Shown here: positions 34,609 through 45,079 of the stretch, piece after piece
Layout of the letters: each line of letters begins with the position of its first letter
Numbering within the stretch: the first letter of the stretch is position 1
Source: Candidatus Poribacteria bacterium
Lineage (GTDB): Bacteria; Poribacteria; WGA-4E; WGA-3G
Direction of reading: 5' to 3'
Assembly (NCBI GenBank): GCA_965205015.1
Contig: OZ242029.1
Location: 5,536,001 to 5,600,000, forward strand
Length of the DNA: 64,000 nt
Program-made: the position numbers and the translations under genes
The notes under the pieces: model-generated
The model's database searches: none
Told to the model about the DNA's origin: nothing
What the model saw: only the letters and a program-made list of their open reading frames with translations

Positions 34609-36936
34609 ATGCAAAAGTCGTTTTATCTTTTTCTCGCCATAAGTTTAGGTGTGTTAGCAAGCTGGTTTCCACGTGTATGCGCGGAAGGGCATAATGACCA
34701 AGAAGTACCAGAAGTGGAAGAGGTGACGGTTACTGCCACACGCGCCGAGAAAGAGCCTTTCAAAACGCCTAACGCCATCACTGTTCTTAACCTAAAGCAC
34801 TTGGAACGGACCAAGGCAGAGCATGCGTCCAACCTCCTTCGGGACTCGGTCGGTGTTATCGCTCAGGAGACGACAGTCGGACAAGGATCGCCGATGCTTC
34901 GGAGTTTAACCGGTTACCAAACCCTCATACAGGTTGACTGGGTACGCCTCAATAATTCAACATTTCGTTCAGGACCAAATCAGTACACAGCAACCATCGG
35001 ACCGGAGATGTTAGATCGAGCAGAGGTGTTACTCGGTTCAAGTTCTATGCTATATGGAAGCGGGGCGATGGGCGGTGTTGTGAGTTTCTTCACGAAAGCG
35101 GTACCAATGGATCCATCACAAAAAACTTTGGAAATACATCCACGACTCCTTGCTCGCTACTCGACAGCGACACAGGAACGCCTCGGTCGGTTGGAGGTAA
35201 CAGGAAACCAAGGGCGGTTCGGATTTATCGCTGGGGGTGGCGTGCGGTTCTATGGAGATGTAAACCCTGGGAGCGGGTACGACCTCCACTACAAAAATCG
35301 GAAGTATGAAATCGTGGACGCAATACCGACGGGTGTGAAACTTTATGCGTATGATGAGGTAAGGGCGATACCCAAGGATAACATTCCTGAGAGATGGCTC
35401 ATTGACAGTGAAGGTCCTCTGGGTTGGCAAGCCTACGATGCCAACGCAAAATTTGGGTATCAACTCAGCAATACAAGCACTCTCAACGTTGCTTATCAGA
35501 TGTGGCGGCAGCCGCAAACACCGCGGTATGATAAAATCGCACCGCAGGAGTTTGATGAATTCTTTTTCGAACCACAAGATCGGGATCTCATCTATGCCAA
35601 TTATTTACTAACCCCAGCAGAAGGAAACATTGACACATTCCGAGCAACAGCCTCTTATCACCGCCAAAAAGAGGGACGAAACGAGGTGAAACGCGGGGCA
35701 ACAGCGCGACGGCATCGATACGACACTGTTAACACCATCGGCTTGAGTGCACAAGCGGTCAACTCAATCCTGCCTCGTCAACGTTTGGTCGGCGGTGCTG
35801 AATTCTATTTTGATACGATACAGAGTCGGACCGTTAAAACCGATAAAGGTAAGGAAGATATTGACGAGACAAAAGGGCGCTTCATTGATGGTTCTCAGTT
35901 CTGGGATGCGAGTCTGTATCTTCAAGATGAGATTAGGATACATGACCGTATTGAACTCACACTCGGTGGGCGCGCGACGTTTTATCAAACCAATGCCGAC
36001 CTCTCCGTTCGAGATCCGGCTTTTGATGTGTTCAATGTCTTCGACAACAGTTTGACGGGAAGTGCCGGTGTGGTTGTCAGTTTGACAGAGTACCTGAACT
36101 TCGTAAGCAACTTTGGAACAGCATTTCGCGCGCCTTCGTTGAACGATACAACGGCGGTGGAAGTCACCAATGAAGGGGTCACGGCACCGAGTCCCGATCT
36201 GAGACCAGAGACTTCGTGGACGGCTGAAGCCGGTCTCAAGGCAAAACATTCCTACTTCCGTGGTGCTTTAACACTGTTCTACAGCCAGGTCAGCGATTTG
36301 GTGGGACGCAAATCTGTTCAAGAGGCATATACGGGTCAAGAACTCCCTCAGCTCCATCAAGACCTCATCAGACAGTACCCGGATATTGACGTACTCGTCT
36401 TTGATAACATCGATCAAGCACAGTTTCTGGGGTTTGAATTCGCTGGACTCGTTCCGATTCAGTCCGATTTTTCGGTCTTTGGTAATGTAGCATTGCTCCG
36501 TGGGGAAGTCCTCACGATTGGTGGCAAAGCCCCGGATCCAAGTAAGCCTTGGGAAGCACGCACCCGTAGGGAACCGCCGTTGAACGGCATCATCGGAGTC
36601 CAGTGGGAACCGCTGAATACACGGTACTGGGCGATGTTCTTTGTACGTGGTGCAGCCGAACAGAGACGGTTGAACAGAAGCGACATCCGCGACCCACGGA
36701 TTCAGGGATCCACGCGCGATCCGGCGGAAGTTGAATTTGACGCTGACGGTGCCGCTATAGATGCCGGTACACCGGGATGGTTTACACTGAACGTCCGCGG
36801 GGGCGTCAAGCTTTTTGATTACACACGTTTGACACTCTCGCTTGATAATCTACTGAACAAACGGTATCGTCAACACGGTTCCGGTGTGAATTCCCCAGGC
36901 TTCAATGTGAGTTTGAGCCTGGACAATCGGTTTTAA
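34609..36936 (+). CDS. TonB-dependent outer-membrane receptor
   Basis: Signal peptide, TonB box EEVTVTATR, plug S.LYGSGAMGGVV, FRAP, DNLLNK.Y, C-terminal Phe. Confidence 0.93.
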   Translation: MQKSFYLFLAISLGVLASWFPRVCAEGHNDQEVPEVEEVTVTATRAEKEPFKTPNAITVLNLKHLERTKAEHASNLLRDSVGVIAQETTVGQGSPMLRSLTGYQTLIQVDWVRLNNSTFRSGPNQYTATIGPEMLDRAEVLLGSSSMLYGSGAMGGVVSFFTKAVPMDPSQKTLEIHPRLLARYSTATQERLGRLEVTGNQGRFGFIAGGGVRFYGDVNPGSGYDLHYKNRKYEIVDAIPTGVKLYAYDEVRAIPKDNIPERWLIDSEGPLGWQAYDANAKFGYQLSNTSTLNVAYQMWRQPQTPRYDKIAPQEFDEFFFEPQDRDLIYANYLLTPAEGNIDTFRATASYHRQKEGRNEVKRGATARRHRYDTVNTIGLSAQAVNSILPRQRLVGGAEFYFDTIQSRTVKTDKGKEDIDETKGRFIDGSQFWDASLYLQDEIRIHDRIELTLGGRATFYQTNADLSVRDPAFDVFNVFDNSLTGSAGVVVSLTEYLNFVSNFGTAFRAPSLNDTTAVEVTNEGVTAPSPDLRPETSWTAEAGLKAKHSYFRGALTLFYSQVSDLVGRKSVQEAYTGQELPQLHQDLIRQYPDIDVLVFDNIDQAQFLGFEFAGLVPIQSDFSVFGNVALLRGEVLTIGGKAPDPSKPWEARTRREPPLNGIIGVQWEPLNTRYWAMFFVRGAAEQRRLNRSDIRDPRIQGSTRDPAEVEFDADGAAIDAGTPGWFTLNVRGGVKLFDYTRLTLSLDNLLNKRYRQHGSGVNSPGFNVSLSLDNRF

Positions 36937-36937
36937 T

Positions 36938-37001
36938 AGTTGCCGGTTGTCGGTTATTAGTTGTCGGTTAAACTGAAACTAACGACTGATAACTAACAAC
37001 C
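36938..37001. repeat. Inverted heptamer tandem repeats between convergent genes
   Basis: AGTTGCC GGTTGTC GGTTATT AGTTGTC, then complementary AACGACT GATAACT AACAACC. Confidence 0.65.
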
Positions 37002-37003
37002 CT

Positions 37004-37516
37004 TCATAGCATATCATACTTCTTTTTGATAAATTCAACCACGACTGCTGGCACCATCTCCAGCAACTTTTCCTCACTCACCTTCCGTTGTGCCATTTGC
37101 ACAACCTCCATCACGAGCGTTGAACTGATATGTGCGTATTGCGTATTCGCCATCATAAAGAGGGTATCAATGTCCGGGGCGATCTGCTGATTCATCCGTG
37201 CCATTTTGAACTCCCACTCGAAATCGGAAATCTCACGTAAACCGCGGATAATGGCACACGCGCCGCGTGCCTGTGCGTAATGCACTGTCAACCCGGTATA
37301 TCCATCAATCGTGGCTTGCGGATACGGTTCAATGACAGCCTCAAGCATCTCAGTCCGTTCCTCAAGCGTAAAGCGCGCCGGTTTGACGGGATTCACACCA
37401 ATAGCGACAACGAGTTCATCAAAGACACCGAGATTGCAAATCCGATTGATGAGGTCGACGTGTCCATTCGTGACCGGGTCGAAACTCGCGGGAAAGATGG
37501 CGATTTTCTTTGGCAT
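37004..37516 (-). CDS. coaD: Phosphopantetheine adenylyltransferase
   Basis: AIFPASFDPVTNGH, IIRGLR..SDFE.E, ISS. Confidence 0.95.
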   Translation of the reverse strand: MPKKIAIFPASFDPVTNGHVDLINRICNLGVFDELVVAIGVNPVKPARFTLEERTEMLEAVIEPYPQATIDGYTGLTVHYAQARGACAIIRGLREISDFEWEFKMARMNQQIAPDIDTLFMMANTQYAHISSTLVMEVVQMAQRKVSEEKLLEMVPAVVVEFIKKKYDML

Positions 37517-37683
37517 GTTTTTTAATGATTCCTTGCGGTTGGTTCGGGTGAGTCTGGATCCGAAGGTTGTTCCCCGTAGAACCCCCCTCCATTTCATTAC
37601 GGGCTACACACTTGCCATTCACATTTTATCACAAATACCCGCGTACAGCAAGTCCTCCTGTTTTTAGCAAAAATCAAAAAAAG

Positions 37684-37713
37684 TTGCTTGTATTTTTGCA
37701 CGCGTGATATAAT
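37684..37713 (+). promoter_or_regulatory. Sigma70 promoter with extended -10
   Basis: TTGCTT-18 bp-TATAAT with TG upstream of the -10; AAGGAGG RBS before 37744. Confidence 0.55.
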
Positions 37714-37743
37714 AGCACTATCACATAGCAAGGAGGCTAACTC

Positions 37744-38376
37744 ATGGCAAAAATTAACACACTTGTCTTTGCAGGTGGAGCCATCCACGACTGGAAAGGC
37801 TGTAGTGATGAAATTGTGAAGGTGCTCTCACAACGAGATGAATTTGAGATTACCCGAGTCGAGGAAGACTTGGACGCTCTCGTTTCACCGAATTTAGATC
37901 CCTACGATCTCATTGTTTTCTATTACACAGTCGGCGAGATTTCGGACGCACAGAAGAACGGTTTGCTGAACCACGTCGCTTCAGGCAAGGGATATGTCGG
38001 TGTCCATTCAGCCGCAGATTCGTTTCGCGGGTGTCCAGAGTACCGCTCCATGGTAGGCGGTTATTTCGTTACACATCCCCGCTACCGTGACTACCAAGTC
38101 AGTATCGTCGATGGTGAACACGAAATTACCAAAGGACTCGACGAGTTCGTCGTTACGGATGAGCAGTATATCCTCGATTACGATCCTCGGAACCACATAC
38201 TCGCGTCAGCATTATGGCAAGGTGCAGCGGCACCCGTGGCATGGACCAAGAACTGGGGCGAAGGTAAAGTATTTTATCTCGCGCTCGGTCATGACGCTGC
38301 AGCGTGTCAGCACGAGATGTTTGGGACGCTCCTGGAACGCGGTGCGCTCTGGGCAGGCGGCAACGGCGACGCGTAA
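37744..38376 (+). CDS. ThuA-like (class I glutamine amidotransferase-like) protein
   Basis: GG..HD, GKGYVGVHSA.D, GG.F..HP, DEQY, G.G.VFY.ALGHD. Confidence 0.88.
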   Translation: MAKINTLVFAGGAIHDWKGCSDEIVKVLSQRDEFEITRVEEDLDALVSPNLDPYDLIVFYYTVGEISDAQKNGLLNHVASGKGYVGVHSAADSFRGCPEYRSMVGGYFVTHPRYRDYQVSIVDGEHEITKGLDEFVVTDEQYILDYDPRNHILASALWQGAAAPVAWTKNWGEGKVFYLALGHDAAACQHEMFGTLLERGALWAGGNGDA

Positions 38377-38445
38377 ATGCTTATCGGCTATCGGCAGTCG
38401 GTTACAAGAGGTTTTTGATAATGCTGAGGGAGGACCGGATTTAGC

Positions 38446-38507
38446 ATTGGCGGGCAGGTACAAGACCTGCCTCTAATTGGCGGGCAGGTACAAGACCTGC
38501 CCCTACA
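38446..38507 (-). repeat. Two tandem GTAG REP-like palindromes
   Basis: ATTGGCGGGCAGGTACAAGACCTGCC repeated twice, the second followed by CCTACA. Confidence 0.8.
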
Positions 38508-38586
38508 GATCCGTTCCTTGTATTACATTGCAAAAAATACACCTCTTTGCTGACGGAGAACCGATAGCCGAAAGCCGAGAGCCACT

Positions 38587-39267
38587 ATGAAACAAAAAAT
38601 TACCAGTATTCAGGTAGTTCCTGAATTGCCTTCACATCAACACCTCTTTCTGAATGGCACTCCATTTGTTGTGATCCATACATCTTTGGTCGAAAAATTT
38701 GGGTTACGTATCGGTTTGGAAATTGAAGCTGAGATCATTGAAAAGTTAATTGCGGCGGATGAAGTGATGCGAGCGAAGAACTACGCGCTCAGGCTACGCT
38801 GTGAAGAGAAGGACAACACCACAGCAGAAGGGTCAGAGGATCTCCAACCTTCAGGAAAACCTAAAATTTATACCAAAAGTGAGATGGAACAGCGACTTGC
38901 ACGAGAAGGCTTCTCAACCCAAGCGATTGAAACATGTATTGAAGAATTGATTCATTCGGGACACATTCGCGACCGGAAGTATGCAGAGAATTGGATCGTT
39001 CGTAGGCAAAAATCGAATCCACGTGGAAAAATGCTGCTTAAGAACGAACTGGTCAACAAAGGCATCGACCGAGAAACAGCGGAACAAGTCGTCGCAACCG
39101 TAGAAACCGAAGACGAAACGAAAGTTGCACTCCAGATCGCCAAAAAACGGGCGAAACAGTATGAACGGCTCCCGATTCATGTCGCCAAACGCCGATTACA
39201 CGGATTTTTGGCAAGACGTGGGTTCGGGTCAGAAACCGTTCGGCAGGTACTCGAGCAGATTTTTTAA
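38587..39267 (+). CDS. recX: Regulatory protein RecX
   Basis: A..YAL, E....L...GF, G.I.D..YAE.W, G...LK.EL..KGI, RRL..FLARRGF. Confidence 0.85.
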   Translation: MKQKITSIQVVPELPSHQHLFLNGTPFVVIHTSLVEKFGLRIGLEIEAEIIEKLIAADEVMRAKNYALRLRCEEKDNTTAEGSEDLQPSGKPKIYTKSEMEQRLAREGFSTQAIETCIEELIHSGHIRDRKYAENWIVRRQKSNPRGKMLLKNELVNKGIDRETAEQVVATVETEDETKVALQIAKKRAKQYERLPIHVAKRRLHGFLARRGFGSETVRQVLEQIF

Positions 39268-39323
39268 CGCACCAGCACATCACATCAAAGTTTCCCGAAC
39301 GGATCTTTGTATCCGTTTTTGCC

Positions 39324-39353
39324 TTGACTTCTCTGTAAGAAATAGACTATAAT
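39324..39353 (+). promoter_or_regulatory. Sigma70 promoter of alaS
   Basis: TTGACT-18 bp-TATAAT. Confidence 0.55.
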
Positions 39354-39386
39354 TTAGGAATAGGATAACGTAGGAGAGCGTCTCAT

Positions 39387-42044
39387 ATGACATCAGATGA
39401 AATTAGATCCAATTTCTTAGAATACTTCCGTAAACACGGGCATACTATCGTGCCGAGTGCGTCCTTGATACCAGCAGACGACCCGACGCTGTTGTTCACG
39501 AATGCGGGTATGAATCAATTCAAAGATGTGTTTCTCGGTATTGGACAGCGGGAGTACACGCGCGCCGTTGACACACAAAAATGTCTGCGCGTCAGTGGTA
39601 AACACAACGATCTCGAAGAGGTCGGTTATTCACCAAGCCACCATACCTTCTTTGAGATGCTCGGAAACTGGTCGTTCGGCGATTATTACAAACAGGAAGC
39701 TATCGCTTTCGCGTGGGAATTGGTGATCGAACTTTGGCAGATTCCGAAGGAGCGGCTCTGGGCGACGGTCTATCTCGAAGACGATGAAGCCGAAAAACTC
39801 TGGCTCCAAGAGACTGACCTTCCGCTCTCGCGCATCCGCCGTTGTGATAAGGACAATTTTTGGGAAATGGGTGAAACGGGTCCCTGCGGTCCTTGCAGCG
39901 AACTCTTTGTTGACATGGGCGTAGACGCCTATCCTGAAACCGCAAACGACCCAGACGCAGGTCCCAATACAAGCGATCGCTTCAGAGAATTTTGGAATCT
40001 GGTGTTCATTCAATACAACCGAAACGAAGACGGCACGCTTGAACCCCTGCCCGCAACACATGTAGATACAGGCATGGGCTTTGAACGCATCACCTCCATA
40101 TTGCAAGGTGTTGACTCAAACTACAAGACGGATCTGTTTACACCCCTTTTGGCAACCATTGCGGATATGACAGACACCGCCTATTTCGATGATGAACGCG
40201 GGCTACCCCACCGAGTCATCGCTGACCATATCCGGTGTTTGACTTTTGCCATCGGCGACGGTGTTATGCCCTCTAACGAGGGGCGAGGCTATGTCATCCG
40301 CAGGATCTTGCGACGCGCGGTGCTTTATGGCAAGAAATTAGGGATGAACGAAGCGTTCATCTATCGGCTTGTTGATAACGTCATCGAATTGCTCGGCGAT
40401 GTATTTCCCGATGTGCTGCCACGCCATGAGTTTATCACTCGCACGATTCAGGGTGAGGAACACCGTTTTCATCAAACAATCGAACGCGGTTTGGAACTCC
40501 TCGATCGCTCATTTGACACGCTTACGGATCAGAACGGTACACAGATTGATGGAAAGCGGGCGTTTGAGTTGTATGACACCTTCGGATTTCCACTTGATTT
40601 GACCCAGATGCTCGCACGTGAGCGTGGGTTCACCGTTGACGACGCAGGCTTTGAAGACAGTATGGAAGAACAACGCGCGCGTGGACGGGCGGCATGGGAA
40701 GATAGAGGGGGTGCCAAAGACGAAGAGATCTCTGTTTACGCCGAAGTCCTCAAAGAACATGGCGAAACGGAATTCGTTGGCTACACGCGAAATAACATCG
40801 ACGCAGAAATCGTTGCTTTAATCGCCAACGCGGAATCTGTAGCCAGCGCGCAACAGGGAGATGAGGTATTTGTCCTACTGAACCGAACGCCTTTTTACGG
40901 TGAATCGGGTGGACAAGTCGGTGATGTCGGCACAATTGAGAGTGAAGATGCGAGGTTGACGGTAGAAGATACACGCAAACCCTCAGCGGACTTAGTTGTT
41001 CATAAATGTAAGGTCCTTGAGGGTGAAATCACACCATACACCGCCGTGCAAGCACAAATAGATATTGAACGCCGGAACGCTGTCGCCATCAGCCATACAG
41101 CGACACACCTTCTACACAGCGGATTGCGGGAAGTACTCGGCACACATGTCGCACAATCCGGTTCACTCGTTGAAGCGGGTAGATTGCGGTTCGACTTCTC
41201 ACACTACGAATCTGTTTCACCAGAACAATTGCGAGACATTGAGGAATTCGTCAACGAAAAAATTCGCGGAAACGACGCCTTGTCTATCAGCGAAATGTCG
41301 TTAGATGCAGCGAAATCGAAAGGGGCTTTAGCCTTCTTTGGCGATAAATACGGCGACATTGTGCGCGTTGTGCAAGCCGGCAGTTATAGCGTTGAACTCT
41401 GCGGGGGCACCCATGTTGACGCAACCGGCGAACTCGGCTTTGTGAAACTGATGAGCGAAAGTAGTATCGCTGCAGGGGTCCGACGCGTTGAGGCACTGAC
41501 AGGTACTGCCGCGGTGGCAACGGTTCAAGAAGATACTGCGCTCCTCACCAATGTGGCGAATCTGCTGAAAACGCCCAAAGCTGCGCTGCCCGAACGGATC
41601 GAACGCTTACTTCAGGAACAACGGGAATTAGAACAACACATTCAACACCTCAAAAGCCAGCAAGCGCTTGCCAACGTCGGCAGCTTGGTCGACGGTGCAA
41701 CACGTGTCGAAGATGTGCGGGTCGTTGCGTCCCTGGTAACAGACGCGGATCGGAACGGGTTACGGAAACTCGTCGATGAACTCAAAACGCGCTTAGAATC
41801 TGGGGTCGTTGCCCTCGCAGCTGTGTCAGGAAACGAAGTTGCCTTCGTGGTGGGCGTAACACCGGACTTGGTGAAGAACCGAGATTTGCATGCGGGTAAA
41901 ATCGTCTCCGAACTCACCCAACTGGCTGACGGTCGCGGGGGTGGACGTCCAGAACTCGCCCAAGGGGGTGGCAAGAATCCGAGTAAGGTGAACACAGCAC
42001 TTGCGAAAACCAGCGAAATCGTCGGACAACACCTTAAAGCTTAA
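39387..42044 (+). CDS. alaS: Alanine--tRNA ligase
   Basis: DPTLLFTNAGMNQFK, HHTFFEMLGN.SFGDY, DTGMG.ER, HTATHLL, ELCGGTH, GGG...AQGGG. Confidence 0.98.
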   Translation: MTSDEIRSNFLEYFRKHGHTIVPSASLIPADDPTLLFTNAGMNQFKDVFLGIGQREYTRAVDTQKCLRVSGKHNDLEEVGYSPSHHTFFEMLGNWSFGDYYKQEAIAFAWELVIELWQIPKERLWATVYLEDDEAEKLWLQETDLPLSRIRRCDKDNFWEMGETGPCGPCSELFVDMGVDAYPETANDPDAGPNTSDRFREFWNLVFIQYNRNEDGTLEPLPATHVDTGMGFERITSILQGVDSNYKTDLFTPLLATIADMTDTAYFDDERGLPHRVIADHIRCLTFAIGDGVMPSNEGRGYVIRRILRRAVLYGKKLGMNEAFIYRLVDNVIELLGDVFPDVLPRHEFITRTIQGEEHRFHQTIERGLELLDRSFDTLTDQNGTQIDGKRAFELYDTFGFPLDLTQMLARERGFTVDDAGFEDSMEEQRARGRAAWEDRGGAKDEEISVYAEVLKEHGETEFVGYTRNNIDAEIVALIANAESVASAQQGDEVFVLLNRTPFYGESGGQVGDVGTIESEDARLTVEDTRKPSADLVVHKCKVLEGEITPYTAVQAQIDIERRNAVAISHTATHLLHSGLREVLGTHVAQSGSLVEAGRLRFDFSHYESVSPEQLRDIEEFVNEKIRGNDALSISEMSLDAAKSKGALAFFGDKYGDIVRVVQAGSYSVELCGGTHVDATGELGFVKLMSESSIAAGVRRVEALTGTAAVATVQEDTALLTNVANLLKTPKAALPERIERLLQEQRELEQHIQHLKSQQALANVGSLVDGATRVEDVRVVASLVTDADRNGLRKLVDELKTRLESGVVALAAVSGNEVAFVVGVTPDLVKNRDLHAGKIVSELTQLADGRGGGRPELAQGGGKNPSKVNTALAKTSEIVGQHLKA

Positions 42045-42132
42045 ACTCGCAGATACCCGCCTTCTGCAAGTTAGATGTGTGTGAACAGTCGTTTACCAGA
42101 AGCGGTATCTTATATCCCACGAAGGAGAAGTT

Positions 42133-42690
42133 ATGGATTGGAGTTTGATTGCCTCACTTTTTTGGAAATTCAGCCTTGGTATTTTCCTAATGGCACTTAC
42201 CGCACTCGTCGGGTATATGTGCGCTGCCGTCGGGAGCCTCCGAAACTCCTTAAACAGCATGCGAAACACATTGAATTCCACAGAAAACATCGTTAATCAA
42301 GAGATCGGAGAATTGATTACCGACGTGGATAGGACGGTGAAAGAGGTGAACAAGGAACTACCCGAGCTCCTGCAAAATCTCAATGGGTTGACAGCCTCCT
42401 TACAAGGGATTAGCGAGTCCGAGATTCAACCGACTGTGCACAATATCCAAGAAATGAGTGGTGTCCTGAACCAAAGCATTCAAGAACTTGACGAATTGGT
42501 CCAAAAAGTGAGCGGTTTCTCTGGTCAGACGATCGAACAAGCCACGTTCTTCCGCAATCAGATAGCAATTTCACTCGCTGATGTCGTAAGTTTATGGCAG
42601 GGCATCAAAGCCGGATGGGATAGTTTCGGTTCCACGCAATCCTCCGAACCGGAAGAGGATGTTCCGATGTCTGTCGCGTCCAACGAATAA
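42133..42690 (+). CDS. DUF948/YoxC-like membrane-anchored coiled-coil protein
   Basis: One N-terminal TM followed by heptad helices; upstream of a YtxH-like gene. Confidence 0.6.
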   Translation: MDWSLIASLFWKFSLGIFLMALTALVGYMCAAVGSLRNSLNSMRNTLNSTENIVNQEIGELITDVDRTVKEVNKELPELLQNLNGLTASLQGISESEIQPTVHNIQEMSGVLNQSIQELDELVQKVSGFSGQTIEQATFFRNQIAISLADVVSLWQGIKAGWDSFGSTQSSEPEEDVPMSVASNE

Positions 42691-42929
42691 TTCAGGAAGT
42701 CAAAATTGTCAACCGCCTACATTAAGAGGTGGTCAACCTTTAAATCGCAACGGTACCGTATCAACAATCAACACGGTAAAGATTGATGATAATTGAAACC
42801 TTCCACCCCGATTTTCGTAAATATGAACAGTGTGTTTTGGAAACTTGCAAGTTGCTCTAAAACGACTCCAAATTTGGAAATTCGCAAGCTACACCAAAAC
42901 AATTCCCACGTAATAGAAAGGATAAAACA

Positions 42930-43340
42930 ATGAGTAACAATGGACAGAACAACGGACTCGCAGTGGTTTTCGCCTTTTTTACCGGATTCATGGCAGGTGC
43001 GGTTATCAGCCTGCTCTATGCCCCGAGTTCCGGTAAGGAAACCCGACGAAAAATTCGTGACACTTCGATTGAAGCAAAAAATCGGACAGTTGAGTTCGCA
43101 AACCAAGCCACTGATAGCGCGCGGCAAGGCGTTGAGACTATCATGGAACAGGGTAGAGAAAGTGTTCACAGCATTGTAGACAGCGGAAAAGAACAAATCC
43201 AGCACGCAGGTGAACAAGTCAAAAGTGCTGTGGAAACAGGACGTAAAGTTTCCGCTGATGTCCGATCCAAAATCGCCGGGTCTATCCCGGGTATTGGTGA
43301 TGCCGAAGAAACCGATACAGAGGCTACCGAGGAAACCTAA
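42930..43340 (+). CDS. YtxH-domain protein
   Basis: F..G...GA...LLYAP.SGKETR..I signature. Confidence 0.88.
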   Translation: MSNNGQNNGLAVVFAFFTGFMAGAVISLLYAPSSGKETRRKIRDTSIEAKNRTVEFANQATDSARQGVETIMEQGRESVHSIVDSGKEQIQHAGEQVKSAVETGRKVSADVRSKIAGSIPGIGDAEETDTEATEET

Positions 43341-43439
43341 ACGTCTTTTCGATGCATACGGACGGAAACAAAAGCCGCTCATCTTAGGCTCGTTCCTACC
43401 GTTAGAGTGAATTCGTAGACGCGCCGCGCTATTAAATGA

Positions 43440-44192
43440 ATGGAAATTGAAAAGTTGAGAATCCTGCTTGAACAGGTCAAAGGCGGAGAGATGGCAGTGG
43501 AGGATGCCCTGCAATCCCTCCGCACGCTTCCTTTTGAAGATTTAGGATTTTCAAAAATCGATCATCATCGTCAACTTCGCACTGGATTTCCTGAAGTCAT
43601 CTTCTGTCAAGGAAAAACAGTGGAACACGTCAAACAGATAAGTGAACGCATCCTCGCCGCAGGACATCCCCTCCTCGCCACGCGCGCCACACTTGACATG
43701 TATAAAGCCGTAAAAGAAGTTCAACCCACCGCCCGCTATAATGAACTTGGCAGAACGATCACCGTCTCGCAATCCGAGGAAGATACTGGTGTTTCAGGTA
43801 TACTTGTTGTTTCTGCAGGTACCTCCGACTTACCTGTAGCCGAGGAAGCCGCCGAAACCGCGCGGATGATGGGAAATCAACCGGAACGTCTTTATGACGT
43901 CGGTGTGGCAGGATTACACAGACTCATGAGCAATCACGAGAAACTCCTGAGCGCGCGGGTAATCATCGTCGTTGCGGGGATGGAAGGCGCACTTCCGAGC
44001 GTTGTCGGAGGATTGGTGGATTGCCCTGTCATCGCAGTCCCGACGAGCATCGGTTACGGTGCCAGTTTCGGCGGACTCGCGGCTCTATTAGGGATGCTAA
44101 ACAGTTGCGCGTCTGGTGTCACTGTTGTGAATATTGATAACGGTTTTGGGGCAGGCTATAGCGCGGCACTTATCAACCGACTCAGCGCGTAA
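43440..44192 (+). CDS. larB: Nickel pincer cofactor biosynthesis protein LarB (PurE-like)
   Basis: [64 protein letters not shown]. Confidence 0.92.
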   Translation: MEIEKLRILLEQVKGGEMAVEDALQSLRTLPFEDLGFSKIDHHRQLRTGFPEVIFCQGKTVEHVKQISERILAAGHPLLATRATLDMYKAVKEVQPTARYNELGRTITVSQSEEDTGVSGILVVSAGTSDLPVAEEAAETARMMGNQPERLYDVGVAGLHRLMSNHEKLLSARVIIVVAGMEGALPSVVGGLVDCPVIAVPTSIGYGASFGGLAALLGMLNSCASGVTVVNIDNGFGAGYSAALINRLSA

Positions 44193-44200
44193 TGTACCGG

Positions 44201-44803
44201 TTATTCCCTATACGAAACGCCTTCCGCCTTTTCCTCATCTGCGATCCTCAACACAACACTTGCACGCTTAGGCGTTCCTTGCGAACTGCACTCCGCTTTT
44301 AATCGCACAACGTCAGCATTGATGCTGAGGGTGATAACATCAGTTCCAATTTTGCACCGGATGTGGTACGGAACTGATTCAGAACGACTGTGTCCATAAG
44401 AACGCGATTGCCATGTTAAACCGGACGCCTCCGCGTATGTTATGAGCGCTGTTTCGGCAGCTTTTGCGATGTCCTCCCCTGCGTTAAGGACATCTTTTGC
44501 CGCATTTGCCGCTCTGTTTACAGCGTCGTCCAAGCGTTCCTGAACCGCTTTTGTGTCTTTTGCGTCTGCATCATCAATCTCTTTGCTCTTTCGTAAAGCG
44601 ACATAGACCACCGCTCCAAGCACACAAAGGAAAACGGCGGTACTCAGGATAACGGTGCCTCGCAACTCACGACGGCGCGTCATGCTCTCAAAATCCTCGC
44701 GATGGTGTGGATAGAACGCATCGTGTGCAAAAATCGGCGTACACCAGCACAATATACCGATCGCTAATAACAGTAGCGGAGAAAAGAAAAATTTTCGGAG
44801 CAT
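44201..44803 (-). CDS. Hypothetical protein (signal peptide plus TM)
   Basis: 200-aa ORF with N-terminal hydrophobic leader and one internal TM. Confidence 0.6.
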   Translation of the reverse strand: MLRKFFFSPLLLLAIGILCWCTPIFAHDAFYPHHREDFESMTRRRELRGTVILSTAVFLCVLGAVVYVALRKSKEIDDADAKDTKAVQERLDDAVNRAANAAKDVLNAGEDIAKAAETALITYAEASGLTWQSRSYGHSRSESVPYHIRCKIGTDVITLSINADVVRLKAECSSQGTPKRASVVLRIADEEKAEGVSYRE

Positions 44804-45009
44804 CAATGTGTACCTGCCTTGACATCCAGTATAGCACAAGAAATCGGAATGTCAATTCTGTATACGCCAATAGGCAGGGTCATTCAATTGTTAAATTGTC
44901 TGAATCGCGGAGGACGCGGATTTTTAAATCTTTGGTCCCCCAGAACCCTTATGAAATTTGGGGAATCTCATGGAGAATTGAATGGCTTTGGCCTTAATGC
45001 ATGAAAAAC

Positions 45010-45038
45010 TTGACCTAAAATCGTAATTTTGATAAAAT
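45010..45038 (+). promoter_or_regulatory. Sigma70 promoter
   Basis: TTGACC-17 bp-TAAAAT upstream of the ABC permease. Confidence 0.5.
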
Positions 45039-45079
45039 ATATGTAAATAAATACAAATCAAGGATAAGGAGATAGGGAT

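Noticed and set aside
42700-42745. IS200/IS605 or omega-RNA-like end (GTCAACC...GTCAACC)
   Set aside because: No convincing subterminal hairpin and no tnpA, tnpB or iscB nearby.
42768-43514. 248-aa minus-strand ORF, and similar long antisense ORFs such as 4913..5590, 13906..14568 and 62298..62975
   Set aside because: They overlap well-supported genes on the opposite strand and show no domain motifs.
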